A DNA stretch of 64,000 nt. It comes from Eledone cirrhosa. Its lineage: Eukaryota. The DNA is taken from the NCBI GenBank assembly GCA_964016885.1, contig OZ024742.1, forward strand, positions 202,492,001 to 202,556,000, written 5' to 3'. The notes beneath the pieces were generated by a model. It was not told the origin of the DNA. It did not search any database and was given only the letters and a program-made list of their open reading frames with translations. Position numbers and translations under genes: made by a program. The first letter of the stretch is position 1. Each line of letters begins with the position of its first letter. Positions 38,427 through 51,508 of the stretch are shown in pieces.

Positions 38427-41331
38427 TACATGCAAACATACTGATTGTGTAGAGATAGTTGAAGTTTTTTTATAACAGGATAGGTTGCATAATATATACT
38501 GGAGTAATTGGAGTTATATTCACAGTTGTTGTGAATTGTGAATTTATTAGGGTGTCTATATCCTTTAAATCATTTCATCGTATAATGTAAGAAATCAAAC
38601 AGGTGTTTATTGACTGTATGTAGGTCAGTGTGGACTTTTAATTAAAGTGTAGTCCTATATTCATGAAGGCCTAGTTGGATAGATGAAGGTCTAGTTGGAT
38701 AAATGAAGGTCTAGTTGGATAAACTACAAGGTGGTGGTCTAGTGTTATCTCCGACATTGTTCTTTATTTTTATTTTTATTATTATTAGTTGCTCGGTTTG
38801 AAGTAGTGGAACGAGAATCTATGGTAATGCGGACACGTGTAGAAGATCTCTGATTTCCTATTTAGTAGGCTAAGGTTAGAGTGAATAATATTTTTAGACT
38901 CGAGGATGTAAAGGTTACAAAATTTGTTAGGTCGTTTATATGAAGGGGCCTTAGCTATCAATTCACATTTTAAGTATGGTATATTACTTGATTTTAATGA
39001 GTGTATGTATGTGGATATTGAGGCTACGTTGCTAAGTTTAGGGTTCTGAACAAATGAAGGTATGAATTATATCTGGTCTTAAAGCTATTCGATGTACAGC
39101 CTATATATACTTTCGAGATGTGATAGGCGGTTACAGTACCGGAGTAGACAATGTCTTTAATTAGGCAGTTCTTATTTAATGAACATGTCTTGTTAGGCCT
39201 ACAGTTACAATTGTTTTGTTTACTAGTATACTGGTTAAGGGTGTGTGCATTTGAGTGGTTGTTTCTCTTTCTACTTCTAGTATTATGATTATGGTGAGTG
39301 TTATTACTATTTGTATTATTAGTATGACTTGTATGGTCTTGTACTGTATTGTTGTTCAGGTTATTTCTGTGCTGGACATTATTACTTTAGTGTAGTTTGA
39401 AGTAATTTTCAATCTTTCTCTTGTTGGTGCTGGCTATATGGTCTGCTATGTTAGATGTGGTGGAGTAGGATATTTTAATTGTGTTTTCGTTAAATAGGTT
39501 GTGGTGTTTATGGTTAGTTGGGAAGTTTTTGTCTAGAGTAGAGAAGAAAGCTTTAGGTATGTTTGTTGATACATTTAAGTTGAACGAAGGGTTTAAAAAT
39601 GTGCTACTTCTTCTTCTATTCTTCCTATGGTTGTTATTCATACTACTGTTTAGTGTCGTGTTAGGTTCCTTCATATTCTATATTTTTCTTTCTGTGGTGT
39701 TTCTTAGGGTTATTGTGATTTAACTTTTTTTATGGCGTCTTTTGTACAGGAGTCTGGATTTTCAATACTACGATCATATTTACTTTTATTCAGGCCATGT
39801 CGTGTGAAATTATATTAGGTTGTTTATGGGTGGTTGACGATTTAGGTTTAAATTTAATTTTACTCTATGGCCGGAACGGGCTAATGCTTCATTATAGTAT
39901 TGGGAGTTACGATTAAATGTATTCTCGTTGTAAGAAAGGCTAGAAATTCTATTGGATACCCCTTTAATGATTGAGGTCAGTACAGATTTAGGGTGGTTAG
40001 AGTTGATTTTAACATGCCAAGGTTTTTCATTAGGTTTATGGTAAGGTGTGTATTTTTTAGAGTCTAAGTAGAGAGTGACGTCCAGGAGGTTAACATTTTT
40101 GGTGTTTTTTATCTAAAGTGATACCTAAGTTATAATTTTAAAATATTTTATGTAATTGTTTCCTAGTTCTTTCTATATTGAACTTTTTATAGTCTAAGAG
40201 GAAGAGTGCGCCGTCACGATAGAGACCACAGTTGAGGTAAGGTAGGTTCTTGTGTATTTCATTTAAGAGAAATAGGCCGACTAAGTCGGTTACCTGTGCC
40301 GAGTCATTAGATCCCATGGTGATATCGAAGTTGTTGGGTGTATTCTTGCGGGTTCATAATTGGTCATCAAATTTAATTATTGTTTTCCTGGCCGCTAGGA
40401 TTATATCTACCTGGGATTTAGTGAGTTCACTATTGTTCATGGCCATTATTAGTGCTTTATTTAGGAGGATAGGTTAGATAGATTATAGTAGGAGTTTATA
40501 TAAAATTGGATGAATTTCTTATTATTATTTTCTTTAATACCATTAAACCATTCAATTACTTCACTAGTGTTTCCCCAGAGGTTAAAATGGATTTTTTGTT
40601 TAATTTGAGGGATTACCTTATCTAAGATTTTTTTTAGTAATGGTGCCAATGTCGGATCTGGATGGGAAAATAAGTCTAATTGAGGGGTTAGTATTGAAGT
40701 CATCCTTATGGTCTTTCAGAGAGAATCCTGGGGGATTAGGGGTGTACGGTTGAGTATCTCTCTCTAGTCCTAATTTACATATTAAACTGCGGGCTTCAAT
40801 ATTTATGTCATCCAGGTTTTTATGCGATATTTTTTTGTAGTTCCTATAAAGTTCTTTATATATAAATTCTCTATATGTATCATAATCAAGGGTATATATG
40901 TTTTTAGTTTTATCAGCTAGTACTAATATATTCTAATTTTTATTAAAGTGTTTTTATGGTGGAATTTAGGTTAGTTAGGAATTCTTCTTATTGTAGTATT
41001 TCTTGTACTTAATCCTTTTAACAAGTGACACAAGATCGTTTTCAAATGAGTCCAGTAAGATATTGTGTGGAGAGCTTTTATATATTTTGAAGCCGTATGT
41101 TTCAAGCGAAGGTGGATCTTGTTTTTTCGCAGCTCGGTTCCTATCGTAGTGGAAGGCCTTCCATCTAACACTTTTGATAAAAGAGTTGACACGATTAATC
41201 AATAGTTTTTCGTATGTATCCCTAGATGGAATGGGTATGTTCTTTAGCCACAAAGGAATATAGTCTTTGATCAACATACCGGTAATTTTATATGTCAGCT
41301 CTGTTAGAGGGAGCAGAATTAGTAATATTCA

Positions 41332-41568
41332 TATTTTTTAACCCTCCGTTCAACTTAAATGTATCAACAAACATACCTAAAGCTTTCTTCTCTACTCTAG
41401 ACAAAAACTTCCCAACTAACCATAAATACCACAACCTATTTAACGAAAACACAATTAAAATATCCTGCTCCACCACACCTAACATAGCAGACCATATAGC
41501 CAGCACCAACAAGAGAAAGATTCAAAAGTACTTCAAACTACACCAAAGTAATAATGTCCAGCATAGAA
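41332..41568 (+). repeat. Inverted duplicate of 39362-39599 at the 5' junction of Naiad B
   Basis: FFNPPFNLNVSTNIPKAFFSTLDKNFPTNHKYH is encoded on plus here and on minus at 39387-39600. Confidence 0.9.
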
Positions 41569-42027
41569 ATATTAGCTATCGTCAGCATCGTATACCTTCC
41601 TGTCAGATGGTTCAACGTTTGAAAGTATATACTTTCCTTATGCATATTAACGGCTGAGCAGCCTAATTTGCATATCGAGTGAGTTTAGTCGGCCGGGCAC
41701 ACCGAAAACGATAAATGGAATAGAATGAAACGAAATTTCATTTCTCACTCTTAGTACGGCACTTACTTAAATGTAAGTATCTATGTATGTATACGTACAT
41801 ACATATATGTATACAGACGTGCAGTAGTATGTATATATATACATACATGCACACATATATATGCACGTATCGGTTTACCGAACATTTATACATACATACT
41901 TACATATATATATATAAATATATACATATATGTATACAGACGTACAGTAGTATATACATACATACATGCACACATATATATATGCACATACCGGTTTACC
42001 GAACATACATACATACTTACATATATA

Positions 42028-42157
<130 letters not shown>

Positions 42158-42259
42158 TGTATATGTGTGTGTATATATATATATATATGTATTTATATGT
42201 ATGTATATATATGTATATATATATATATGTATATATATATATGTATATATATGTATATA

Positions 42260-42299
<40 letters not shown>

Positions 42300-42348
42300 T
42301 CCGGAGAAAATGTAGAAAAGATGAATATAATTTATACTCGTTGAGCAA

Positions 42349-42409
<61 letters not shown>

Positions 42410-42419
42410 ACGTCACCAG

Positions 42420-43013
42420 TTGGTGCTACTAGTAACATGTATCCCAGTACAATCTGTCCCATTTTCGGGTCGTTGGCGACTAAACCGGCAACCCCACCAA
42501 TGTTTCTTGGTGAGGAGGATGATTTTGTACATCCTGCAGGACTAAAAACAAAACCTGTCAAAGGGCAAAAGAGCTCTTAAGAGTCAATGGCCATCCAAAA
42601 TCACCGGGAGAGATGACCCCTTAGCCTTTGTCAAGGCAGAATTCTAGGAGAAGGAAAACTCTGATATAACACCTGCAACCCTGATGGTATCCAATGATGT
42701 TGTTTTGTTCTTCTTTTTGGTAAATATCATCTTCGTTAAGAGAGTGGGACTGGCTTTGTGCAGTGCCTTTGATCACTATAAAAGCTTCACAGCACAGGCA
42801 TTGCTTTATATCTGGAGATCTCTCTGCACTTGTCGTCACATGGTACCATGGGCCCAGCACTATGTGTCAATAATTGTCACAAGTGTAGTGTTTGTACCAG
42901 AGTTTTCAAGTAGCTGGTTGGACTAAAAAGTCACACTCGTTCAGCGCATCGGTAGGGTTTCTCCTACATGGATATAAAGGGTGGCCGTACTCGAAAACGA
43001 GTTGGCAGCCACC
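42420..43013. mobile_element. ~600-bp interspersed repeat (copies at 52993-53386 and 63669-64000)
   Basis: Three near-identical copies. Contains CTAGGAGAAGGAAAACTCTGATATAA, which resembles RTE-clade 5' UTRs from memory. No convincing ORF. Confidence 0.8.
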
Positions 43014-44318
43014 AAATGTATATGTGTGTGTGTGTATGCGTGTATAAGTGTGTGTGCAGATATGTGTGTTTGTGTATATATGTTTATACATTGTCACACA
43101 TATGTATATGCCTTGTATTATGCATGCATATACTATGTAATAAACTTTCTAGTTATAATAAACTAAATTTTTAAAAAACGTTTTCAACTCCCCCCCCCCC
43201 CCCACACACACACATACACAGGTTTAAAAGATAGCAATTATATAACCAAGAATATTTTATATTTTATATTTTATACACTCTATATAGATTAATTTATAAC
43301 ACTACCACAATATTATAACAACCCTTAATTTATCAACAACATTAATTACCTCCCTTTGTTATTAACCCCCTTTACAACTTCCTGTGTAAACTTATAAAAT
43401 TAATTAACCTAACGGTTTACCAACAGCTTAATAACGTTTAATACAAACCTTAGAAAAGTTATTTTACAGATAAAAAATGCATAAGATAATATACCTACAA
43501 TAACAACATGGCCAGTAATTCAGAGGAATTTACATTTAACAAACAAACACCTATTGACTATAAACGACTTAAAATAATCCCATGGTTAATAGCTGTGAGT
43601 TACCAACAATACATGCACATACATACGAACTACAACACAAAAACACGTAAATGAAAATCACATACCCGCATCTATCTAGTGATTTACATTACACCTTACA
43701 TAAAAAAAATACCTACATTATCACCACACGTCTCTCTAACAAATAGTACGTTATCTTAAATGTTTATAACAAATATAACATGCTTTAACACCCCACACAA
43801 AATATGTTTATTTCAACTGCATTATAACTCTTTTCTCATACATGCATTATTGACTGTATTGACTCCTGCATTGTATACCAATTTTCCTTGCTTATAACTT
43901 CTTTCGCTGTGTTTTTTTGCTTGTGATTTTTTTGTTTGTGCTTTTTGCTTTTACCTATTACACTTCCAACCAGTGCTGCCTGTAATTGTGTTATTTCAAG
44001 CGGAACATCTTTTTAACTCCTGAATCTCCACATGATGCCTTTGACACTAATAACAACTATGTACCCTAAATGTTCTAAACGACTAGGTTTCTAGTTACAC
44101 GTTTTCGACATTCCCTATTCTCCGATGAATCCAGACTTCCCTCTGGAAGAAACAATAAATGTTCTAAACTAAAATTTGAGCGTTTCAACACTTTGTATCT
44201 CGACTCTGTAAAACACTTGAAAATTTGCATTGAACCTTTTATCATAGCGGTAACCGGCTAGTACTTAGTACTACTCTACATATTTATAGTTATATCAAAC
44301 ATATAAATATAAATATTA

Positions 44319-44372
<54 letters not shown>

Positions 44373-44379
<7 letters not shown>

Positions 44380-45191
44380 AGCGAGAATCGCATTTCGGAG
44401 GGGAGAAATTAGCGAAACGCAACTTTCATATTGTGCTGACAAGCGCTCCATGGAACTGAAGAAGATACCAGAGCTATAAACATAAGTTAAAAAGGTCATA
44501 CACGCTGAGACGATGGTTAAGAAGCCATTAACCACCATAGCCAAAAAAGCGAACAAGCTAAAACGGGTCAAACAAAATGAGATATGATTGAAATATTTAC
44601 CCGGACCCTTCTTGGAAGATGGAATGCTCCGAAAGTGGGTTTCTGTAACGCCTATATCAATAATACTGTCTGCTTATAAAAATAAGCTTTTGGTATAGAG
44701 ACCGAACAAGGCATCGCTTTCTCAACGGATTTCTGTTTTTCTGTCGGCAGACTCTTGCAGGTTATGAAAGCACATGCGAGAATCTAAGGGGAGAAAACCC
44801 CTATTTTGGCCAGTGAATTCAGCATGTGTAATTATTGCAAAAATTTGCAAAAACCGCACAAAACGAATTAAGCTCTCTACCGAGTTGTTTTAAAATAAAC
44901 TTAAGCGATTAATCAGTCAATAGAATAACTAAAAAGCCAAATAAAATTAACTGGTTAATCGCTTGACTTGGGAGATTAATACAAATATAATTTAGCGAGA
45001 ATCGCATTTCGGCGGGTAGAAATTAGCGAAACGCAACTTCCATATTGAGCTGACAAGCGCTCAATGGAACTGAAGAAGATACCAGAGCTATAAACATAAG
45101 TTAAAAAGGTCATACACGCTGAGACGTTGGTTAAGAAGCCATTAACCTCCATAGCCAAAAAAGCGAACAAGCTAAAACGGGTCAAACAAAA

Positions 45192-45195
<4 letters not shown>
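44373..45195. repeat. ~210-bp direct repeats (44373-44581, 44987-45195) flanking ~400 bp, in (TA)n
   Basis: ATAATTTAGCGAGAATCGCATTTCGG...GGGTCAAACAAAATGA occurs twice. Confidence 0.85.
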
Positions 45196-45234
<39 letters not shown>

Positions 45235-45240
<6 letters not shown>

Positions 45241-45388
45241 ATTAAATAAATGGAAAACTATATTTATAAAACCATATCTATTTCATTATATATATTTCGG
45301 GGATATCATATTAACAATATGCTATGCCTTCATCAGACAAAATACAATATAAACAGTTTTATAGATAAATATATTCGACATACCGTAA
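45235..45388 (-). mobile_element. Single arm of family H2 with intact CTGATGA hammerhead core
   Basis: Matches 25504-25655. The minus strand reads TATTTTGT-CTGATGA-AGG..CCC-GAAA-TATATA-TA-ATGAAATA. Confidence 0.8.
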
Positions 45389-45714
45389 TAAACATCAACT
45401 TCATTTGAAGAGGTTCACTCTAGCAGTGAAAATACAGAGAGAAAGAAAGAGAGAGAGAAAAGAGGGAATAGGAAAGAAAGAAAGACAAAACGAAGAAAAG
45501 GAAGAAAAAGAAGAAAAAGAAAAAGAAGAAATGCATGGGACAAAATAGAGAGATGGAAAAATAGATAAAGCGAAGAGCTTCATGTAAAGAGACAGAAAGA
45601 GATATATATATATATAGAGAGAGAGAGGAAGTAGAGATAGATACATATATAAATATAGATATAGAAAAATTAGGTAGTGGGAGGTCATTTTGAGTAAGTG
45701 TATCAATGATGCAT

Positions 45715-45749
<35 letters not shown>

Positions 45750-46299
45750 GCTCAAGTATTAATGTAAGGGAGATATATAGAGAGATATAGAGAGATATAG
45801 AGAGAGAAAAAATTTAAAAATAGCCAGACATATTCGAGGCGTAGAGAACCCTATGTTTTAATGTATTAGTATTTATAAAACTTACACTATATTGTAAATA
45901 TCAGTATTCCTGAATGAAACAAGTATTCACAATGCGTGAAAATTCATTATCTTATGTTTAGTTTTTTAAAAAAATTCATATGTCTATGTGAATCCAACTG
46001 ATTCACTCCGCAAATTCAAAGTTACCGGAAAACATTCTCAATGTGGTATCAAAATTTGAGCGTATTATTATTCTTGCGATTACTCTACAAGATTATCTAT
46101 CAAGCAGAAATAGAGAGCAGATTTCAATATACTAATCGAAAATATATATTATATTATAAGCAGAGATAACAATAATAATGATAATAAGTAAAAATATATA
46201 AAAATATAAAAATATAGAATAGAAAACTAAATGAGAATATTACGAAAGAATATTACATAATAAAAATATTGCATATTAAAAATACTACGTATTAAAAAT

Positions 46300-46880
46300 A
46301 TTACGTATTAAAACTTTACATATAAAAATATTAAAAATAAAAAATAAAAATTTACATATAAAAATATTAAAAAATATTAAAAAATATTAAAAATAAAAAT
46401 AAAATAAAAATAAAATAAAATAAAAAATAAAAATATTATAGAATACTACAATACTAAAAGAATAAAAAATAAAAATAAAAATAAAAATAAAAATAAAAAT
46501 AAAAATAAAAATAAAAATAAAAATAAAAATGAAAATAAAAATAAACCACAAAGAACAACCCTTCAAAGTTAATTGACAATATATTGCCAAGTTCACTACA
46601 AGACAAAGCCAAAAATTATCTATCAAATCACATCTAGCAAGGAATATCGCAAAAAAAGATTATGATGTCCAATAATGTCTACATATGCTCCTATATTTAA
46701 TATATAAGTTTATCAAGTGTAAGGTTAATTCAAAAAATTTGGAGCATCGGCTTTTAGGGTAGCTTAATTTTTCATGAGGAATGTTTAGATAAAAATAAAA
46801 ATAAAAATAAAAATAAAAATAAAAATAAAAATAAAAATAAAAATAAAAATAAAAATAAATAAAATAAAATAAACAATAAA
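46300..46880. repeat. (TAAAAA)n-rich low-complexity tract downstream of the Naiad C ORF
   Basis: Read directly. Confidence 0.85.
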
Positions 46881-46966
46881 AAAGAGTAAAAAGAGGGAAT
46901 CAAAGATTTAGGAATCAAAAGATTTATCGGCTAGTTCTCATATAAATATAAATCAAACTAAATATA

Positions 46967-48959
46967 CTACATTTTAAATTTAAATTTATATTTAAACGTT
47001 GAGTTTAATCTATGTTTGCAACAACTGAATAAATTTGTCCGTAGGTTAAGGGAATTTTTAGATTTTAGTATAAAGAATATCTCCTCTGCGCAGAGGTCAC
47101 ATGTCTCAGAGGATGAATTAAAAGGAATCCCTCTTGAGACTATATTCCAAGCCGTCGAATATCTAACGTTATCTAGCTTAAGTTGCCAGAGTACACCTGA
47201 TAGTGCCGTTGAAGATTTTTTATTTGGATCTGTGAAAGAATTCTTGTGGTTATTATAGCGAAGTTTAAATTCCGTCGATGTGGAACCGACGTAGTTAAAA
47301 GAATTAGAGTCAGTATTAACATTACAATTGTATACTATATTTTTAACTAAGCAGTTGTTATTTAACGGACATTTAGATCTATCTCTACAGTTACATTTGT
47401 TAACTTGTATATTATTTATGCTATTATCAGTAGGTTTTAAGTTCCTATTATTTATTCTATTAATATTTTGTGCTAAATTTTTGGTGGATGAGTAGGTTAA
47501 TTTAATTGTATGCCTATTGAAGATTGAGTGGTACCTATGTGTTCTAGGGAAGCGATTATCAAGAGCTTTGAAAAATAATTTAGCGATGTGGGTTTTAATG
47601 TTTAGTGAGAAAGGGGGGGCAAACCAAATTATGTTCCTAGTTCTATTTCTTTTTTGTCCTTTGGAATTATTGTAATGCTTTCTATTATAGTTGTTAATGT
47701 TGTTGCCGTCATTAAAAAAGTTGTTACTTTGTTTAGTTTGTTTATCATTATCTATGTACACAATCTTATCAGCATACCCTGCCCTAGCTAGTGCATCATT
47801 ATAGTATTGGGCCTTTTCGTCAAAAATCTTTCTATTCGACGAGATCCTAGAGATACGTTTTTGGACTGAGTTTACTATAGTGTTTTTGACAGATCTGGGG
47901 TGGTTAGAGTTAAAGTTGACATAGTTTAAGTTTTCATTCAACTTGTGAAAAGGATAGTGGAGACATGTGTTGAGATTTAATGTTATATCTAGGAAATTGA
48001 CTATTCTATGGTTGTTCTCAATTTCTATTTTAAGGTTAAAGTAATTAAAACATTTTGTAATTTGTTTACATTTTCTATTTAGTTCAGGGTTATTATTATT
48101 AATAAGTAAAAGCATGTCATCCCTATATAAACCTCCGGTAGTACCAGGTATTTTCCTATGTAGCGAATTGATTAAAAATAAGCCCACAAGGTCAGTTACC
48201 TGAGCTGAGTCGGAAGATCCCATAGTTATGTCAAAATTGCTATCTCTATCTGCTCTGGTCCATAATTTGTCATCAAATTCTATCAAAGTTTTCCTAGCCG
48301 ATAATATAATATGCATTTCTTTGCTAGTTAGGTCCGTATGTTTGAATGCGTAATTTAGTGCCTTATTTAGTAGACTAGGGGTAATAGAAGAATAATAGTT
48401 AGCTATATCAAGTTGAATAAACCTATTATTATTGTCATATTTAATTTGCCTAAACCACTCAACAACCTCTCCAGTTCCCCTCCACAAGCTCAGGTTAGAT
48501 ACATAATCCAAGTTCTTAATTTGCAGTATCACCCTGTCAAGAATGTTTTTGCTTAATTTGCCCAGGGCCGATTTTGAAGGTGCGATCAATCTAACTGGCA
48601 GGTCAATCTCAAAATTCCTCTTGTGGTCCTTCATATTGATCTTCGGTTTCCTGGGCACGAAAGGTTGTGTTCTGTTCTCAATTTCTAACTCATGCATTAT
48701 ACAAGATGCTTCAACATTCATTTTCTCAAGTTCGGTCTTATCTGCTACCTTGTATTTTTTCCTCAGCTCTTTCAGTATGAGGCCATTATACATGTCTTTC
48801 TGCACTCCATAGAGGTTGTTGGTCTTGTCAGATTTCACCAAGATCTTCTCAGTTTTCTCTAAGCTCTCAATGTTATCCTTAATGCCTTTCAGATATTCCT
48901 GGCCTTTAAAGTTTCTCTTGAATTTGACCCCTTGTATGATAGAAATTATATCGTTTTCA
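46967..48959 (-). CDS. Naiad-type PLE polyprotein (RT + Cys knuckle + GIY-YIG), open reading frame but 5'-truncated (family C)
   Basis: 624-aa ORF with SDKTNNLY, MKDHK, FIQLDI, TMGSSDSAQVTDLVG, LYRDD, NFLDI, SNHP, WFAPPFS, KCNCRDRSKCPL, YVGST, FKLRYNNH, CDLC, CKH. The frame extends upstream to ENDIISIIQGVKF near 48959. Confidence 0.93.
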
Positions 48960-49248
48960 GTACTTATATATATATATAAGTACTTTATATCGTTTTCAGT
49001 ACTTATATATATATATAAGTACTTTCACAACAATTAGTTCACCATTACCTTGTATGATAGAAATTATATCGTTTTCAGTACTTATATATATATATAAGTA
49101 CTTTCACAACAATTAGTTCACCATTACCTTGTATGATAGAAATTATATCGTTTTCAGTACTTATATATATATATAAGTACTTTATATCGTTTTCAGTACT
49201 TATATATATATATATAAGTACTTTCACAACAATTAGTTCACCATTACC
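48930..49248. repeat. Tandem reiteration of a chimeric junction unit (~78 bp, with ~39-bp subunits) containing GTACTT(AT)nAAGTAC hairpins
   Basis: CCTTGTATGATAGAAATTATATCGTTTTCAGTACTT..AAGTACTTTCACAACAATTAGTTCACCATTAC occurs three times. Confidence 0.9.
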
Positions 49249-49544
49249 CAGAACAATTGTTTCACCTTATTCGGATTTTTTTTTTCCACCGAACTGATTA
49301 TCCGAATAAAGTGAAACAATTGTTCTCGGTAATAGGGAACTAGCTGCCTTGGAACTGATCGATAGAGAAACATATGTAATATGTTAATAAATGTGATATT
49401 ATGCGACACTGAATCCTTGTTCTTTATTATATATATATATGCGCGCGCGTTTGTGCGCGTGTGTGTGAGTGTGTGTGTGTGGGGGGGGCGACTTCTGCAG
49501 TTTCCGTCTAGCGTATTTCGCACAAACCATTCGCCCATTCGTGG

Positions 49545-49650
49545 CTATGGCAGAAGAAACTCAACTAAGGTTCCTTGCAGCTGGAATGAACCCGACTCCA
49601 CGTGGCTGGGAAGTTAGTTCCTTAGTCACACAGCCATGCCTGCGCCTATA
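49545..49650 (-). mobile_element. Diverged tRNA-derived SINE head (third family)
   Basis: The minus strand reads GGCGCAGGCATGGCTGTGTGACTAAG..GGGTTCATTCC, with box A- and box B-like motifs. Confidence 0.55.
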
Positions 49651-49964
49651 TTGAAATATATAGAAATATAATTTTTATCGACTGTTTATTTGTTTGTTTG
49701 TTTGTCATCGATATCATATTCCGTCGAGCCTGTTCGATCGTCTTTCATTGTTTAATCAGCATCGGATCGATAAAAGGGAGCTGTGAGGAATGTGTGGAGG
49801 TGGCGATAATGTCATTTATTTCAGTCTGAAATTTCGTAATAATTTAAACACTGAAAAAATCAAAACAAAATCAATATGTGCTAATAATAATCGATACATG
49901 TATTAAATAAGAATATTTCTTTTTAATCAATAAAAGTAACTATTTGAAAAATATATTAATTTCA

Positions 49965-50535
49965 TTGTATTATTATTGCTGTTGTTGTTGTTGATATTGC
50001 TATGGTTGTTGCTGTTCGTGTTATTGTTATTCACTGTTAAGATTTTAGTTGTTGTTGATGTTGCTAGTGGTGGTGGTGTTGTTACAGTTACTGTTGTGGT
50101 TAGTGTTGTTGTGAGTGGTATTGTGAATGTTTTTGCCATTGATGCTGTTGCTACTGTTGCGGTTGGCGTTGTGGTTAGTGTTGTGAATGTTTTTGCTATT
50201 GTTGTTGTTGCTATAGTTGTGGTCTTTGTTGTTTGTATTGATTTTGTTGCTGTGATTGTTATTCAAGTTGTGATATTTGTTGTTGTTGCTCTCCATGATG
50301 ATAATGGTGTTGATGTTCTTGGAGTTAATGTATTTGATGATATTGTCGTTTTTGTTGTATTCGCTGGTGTTGTTATTGTTGTCTTTGCTGTTACTGTTGC
50401 GGTCGTTGTTATTATGGCTGTTGCTACTATTGATCTTTTAGTTGTTTATTTTTGTTGCTGTCGTCCATGTTATTGTTGTTAGTATTTAAGTTTCCTCACT
50501 TGTTTTGTATTTGTTTTATGTTGTTGTTGCTCTTT
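49965..50535. repeat. Degenerate (GTT)n low-complexity tract
   Basis: Read directly. Confidence 0.85.
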
Positions 50536-50679
50536 TTTTTGTTTTTTCGTTATATGCTACTAACAGAAAGACCACCCTCGGGTGGTTTTCTGCTAGCATG
50601 AGTAGTGTGCATATTGATATTATACGCAAATATATATGCATGTAGATATGATATGAATGTAGATATGATAGCAAGTGAT

Positions 50680-50860
50680 GTGTTTTGATGGAGTCCATCT
50701 CATGGAGCAAGAAACGCTGGTCGTCCCAAGAAGACATACGTCAAGCAACTTAAGGACGATACTGGATGCACTGCGGAAGAACTGGCAAACGCTATGAGAG
50801 ACAGAGATGAATGGAGGAAATGTGTCGTAGAAAGCCGAGCAAGCTCGACCTGATGATGGT
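50680..50860 (+). mobile_element. 3' end of an RTE-clade LINE
   Basis: Translates as WSPSHGARNAGRPKKTYVKQLKDDTG..AMRDRDEWRKCV*, the typical RTE C-terminus, followed by TGATGATG. Confidence 0.8.
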
Positions 50861-51284
50861 GAGATATGATATGTCAAATGAACTTGTAATTGAGAATATG
50901 CACAGAAATTGAAGACAGACTGTGTTACACTCTCTTCTGTAGTCAGTAAAGTAATCCATGATACATATAGAAAAAGACGAATTTATATATAAACTGCATT
51001 ACGGTGAAATGAAATGAAAACGAAAAAGGAGAAAATTAGCGACGGAAATAAAAATGTTATATAACGATGCAAATATATAAACGTTTATATAAGCGTACTG
51101 CATGTGTTAAAGTGTTATGATATAACGGACGCTAACCGGAGGTGTTGATATTTGAAAATTTTAAAGAAGGGAATCTAAAATAAGGAATACTTTATATATA
51201 AGAATATTTATGTTAAATTAAGAGCTACGAAATTTAGGAGATAAATTACATAATATTCATTCATTATTTATTCAAAGTAAATAG

Positions 51285-51508
51285 GGGGTGAATTGGTAGT
51301 GAATTGGCAGTATCAGTAGGGCGGTGAATTGGCAGTATCAGTGGAGGGTTGAACGCCATGCTTTCTAGCATAGTTACGTCCCTTTACGGTTTAAGTTCAA
51401 ATCCCGTCGAGGTTAACTTTGCTTTTCATCCTTACGGGGTCGATAAAATAAAGTACCAGTAATGTACTGGGTAATGTCTGGCCTTGTGCCAAAAATAGAA
51501 ACAATTAT
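51285..51508 (+). mobile_element. tRNA-SINE with reiterated 5' head
   Basis: GTGAATTGG(C/T)AGT is repeated three times before the SINE body matching 33128-33316. Confidence 0.9.

Noticed and set aside
46967-48841. Selenocysteine (in-frame UGA) recoding, as reported for some Naiad PLEs
   Set aside because: The conserved Cys positions I checked in families A, B and C use TGT/TGC. The stops in degenerate copies are of mixed types and not at Cys positions.
49976-50482. Hydrophobic 168-aa ORF resembling a membrane protein
   Set aside because: It is a translation of a degenerate (GTT)n tract.
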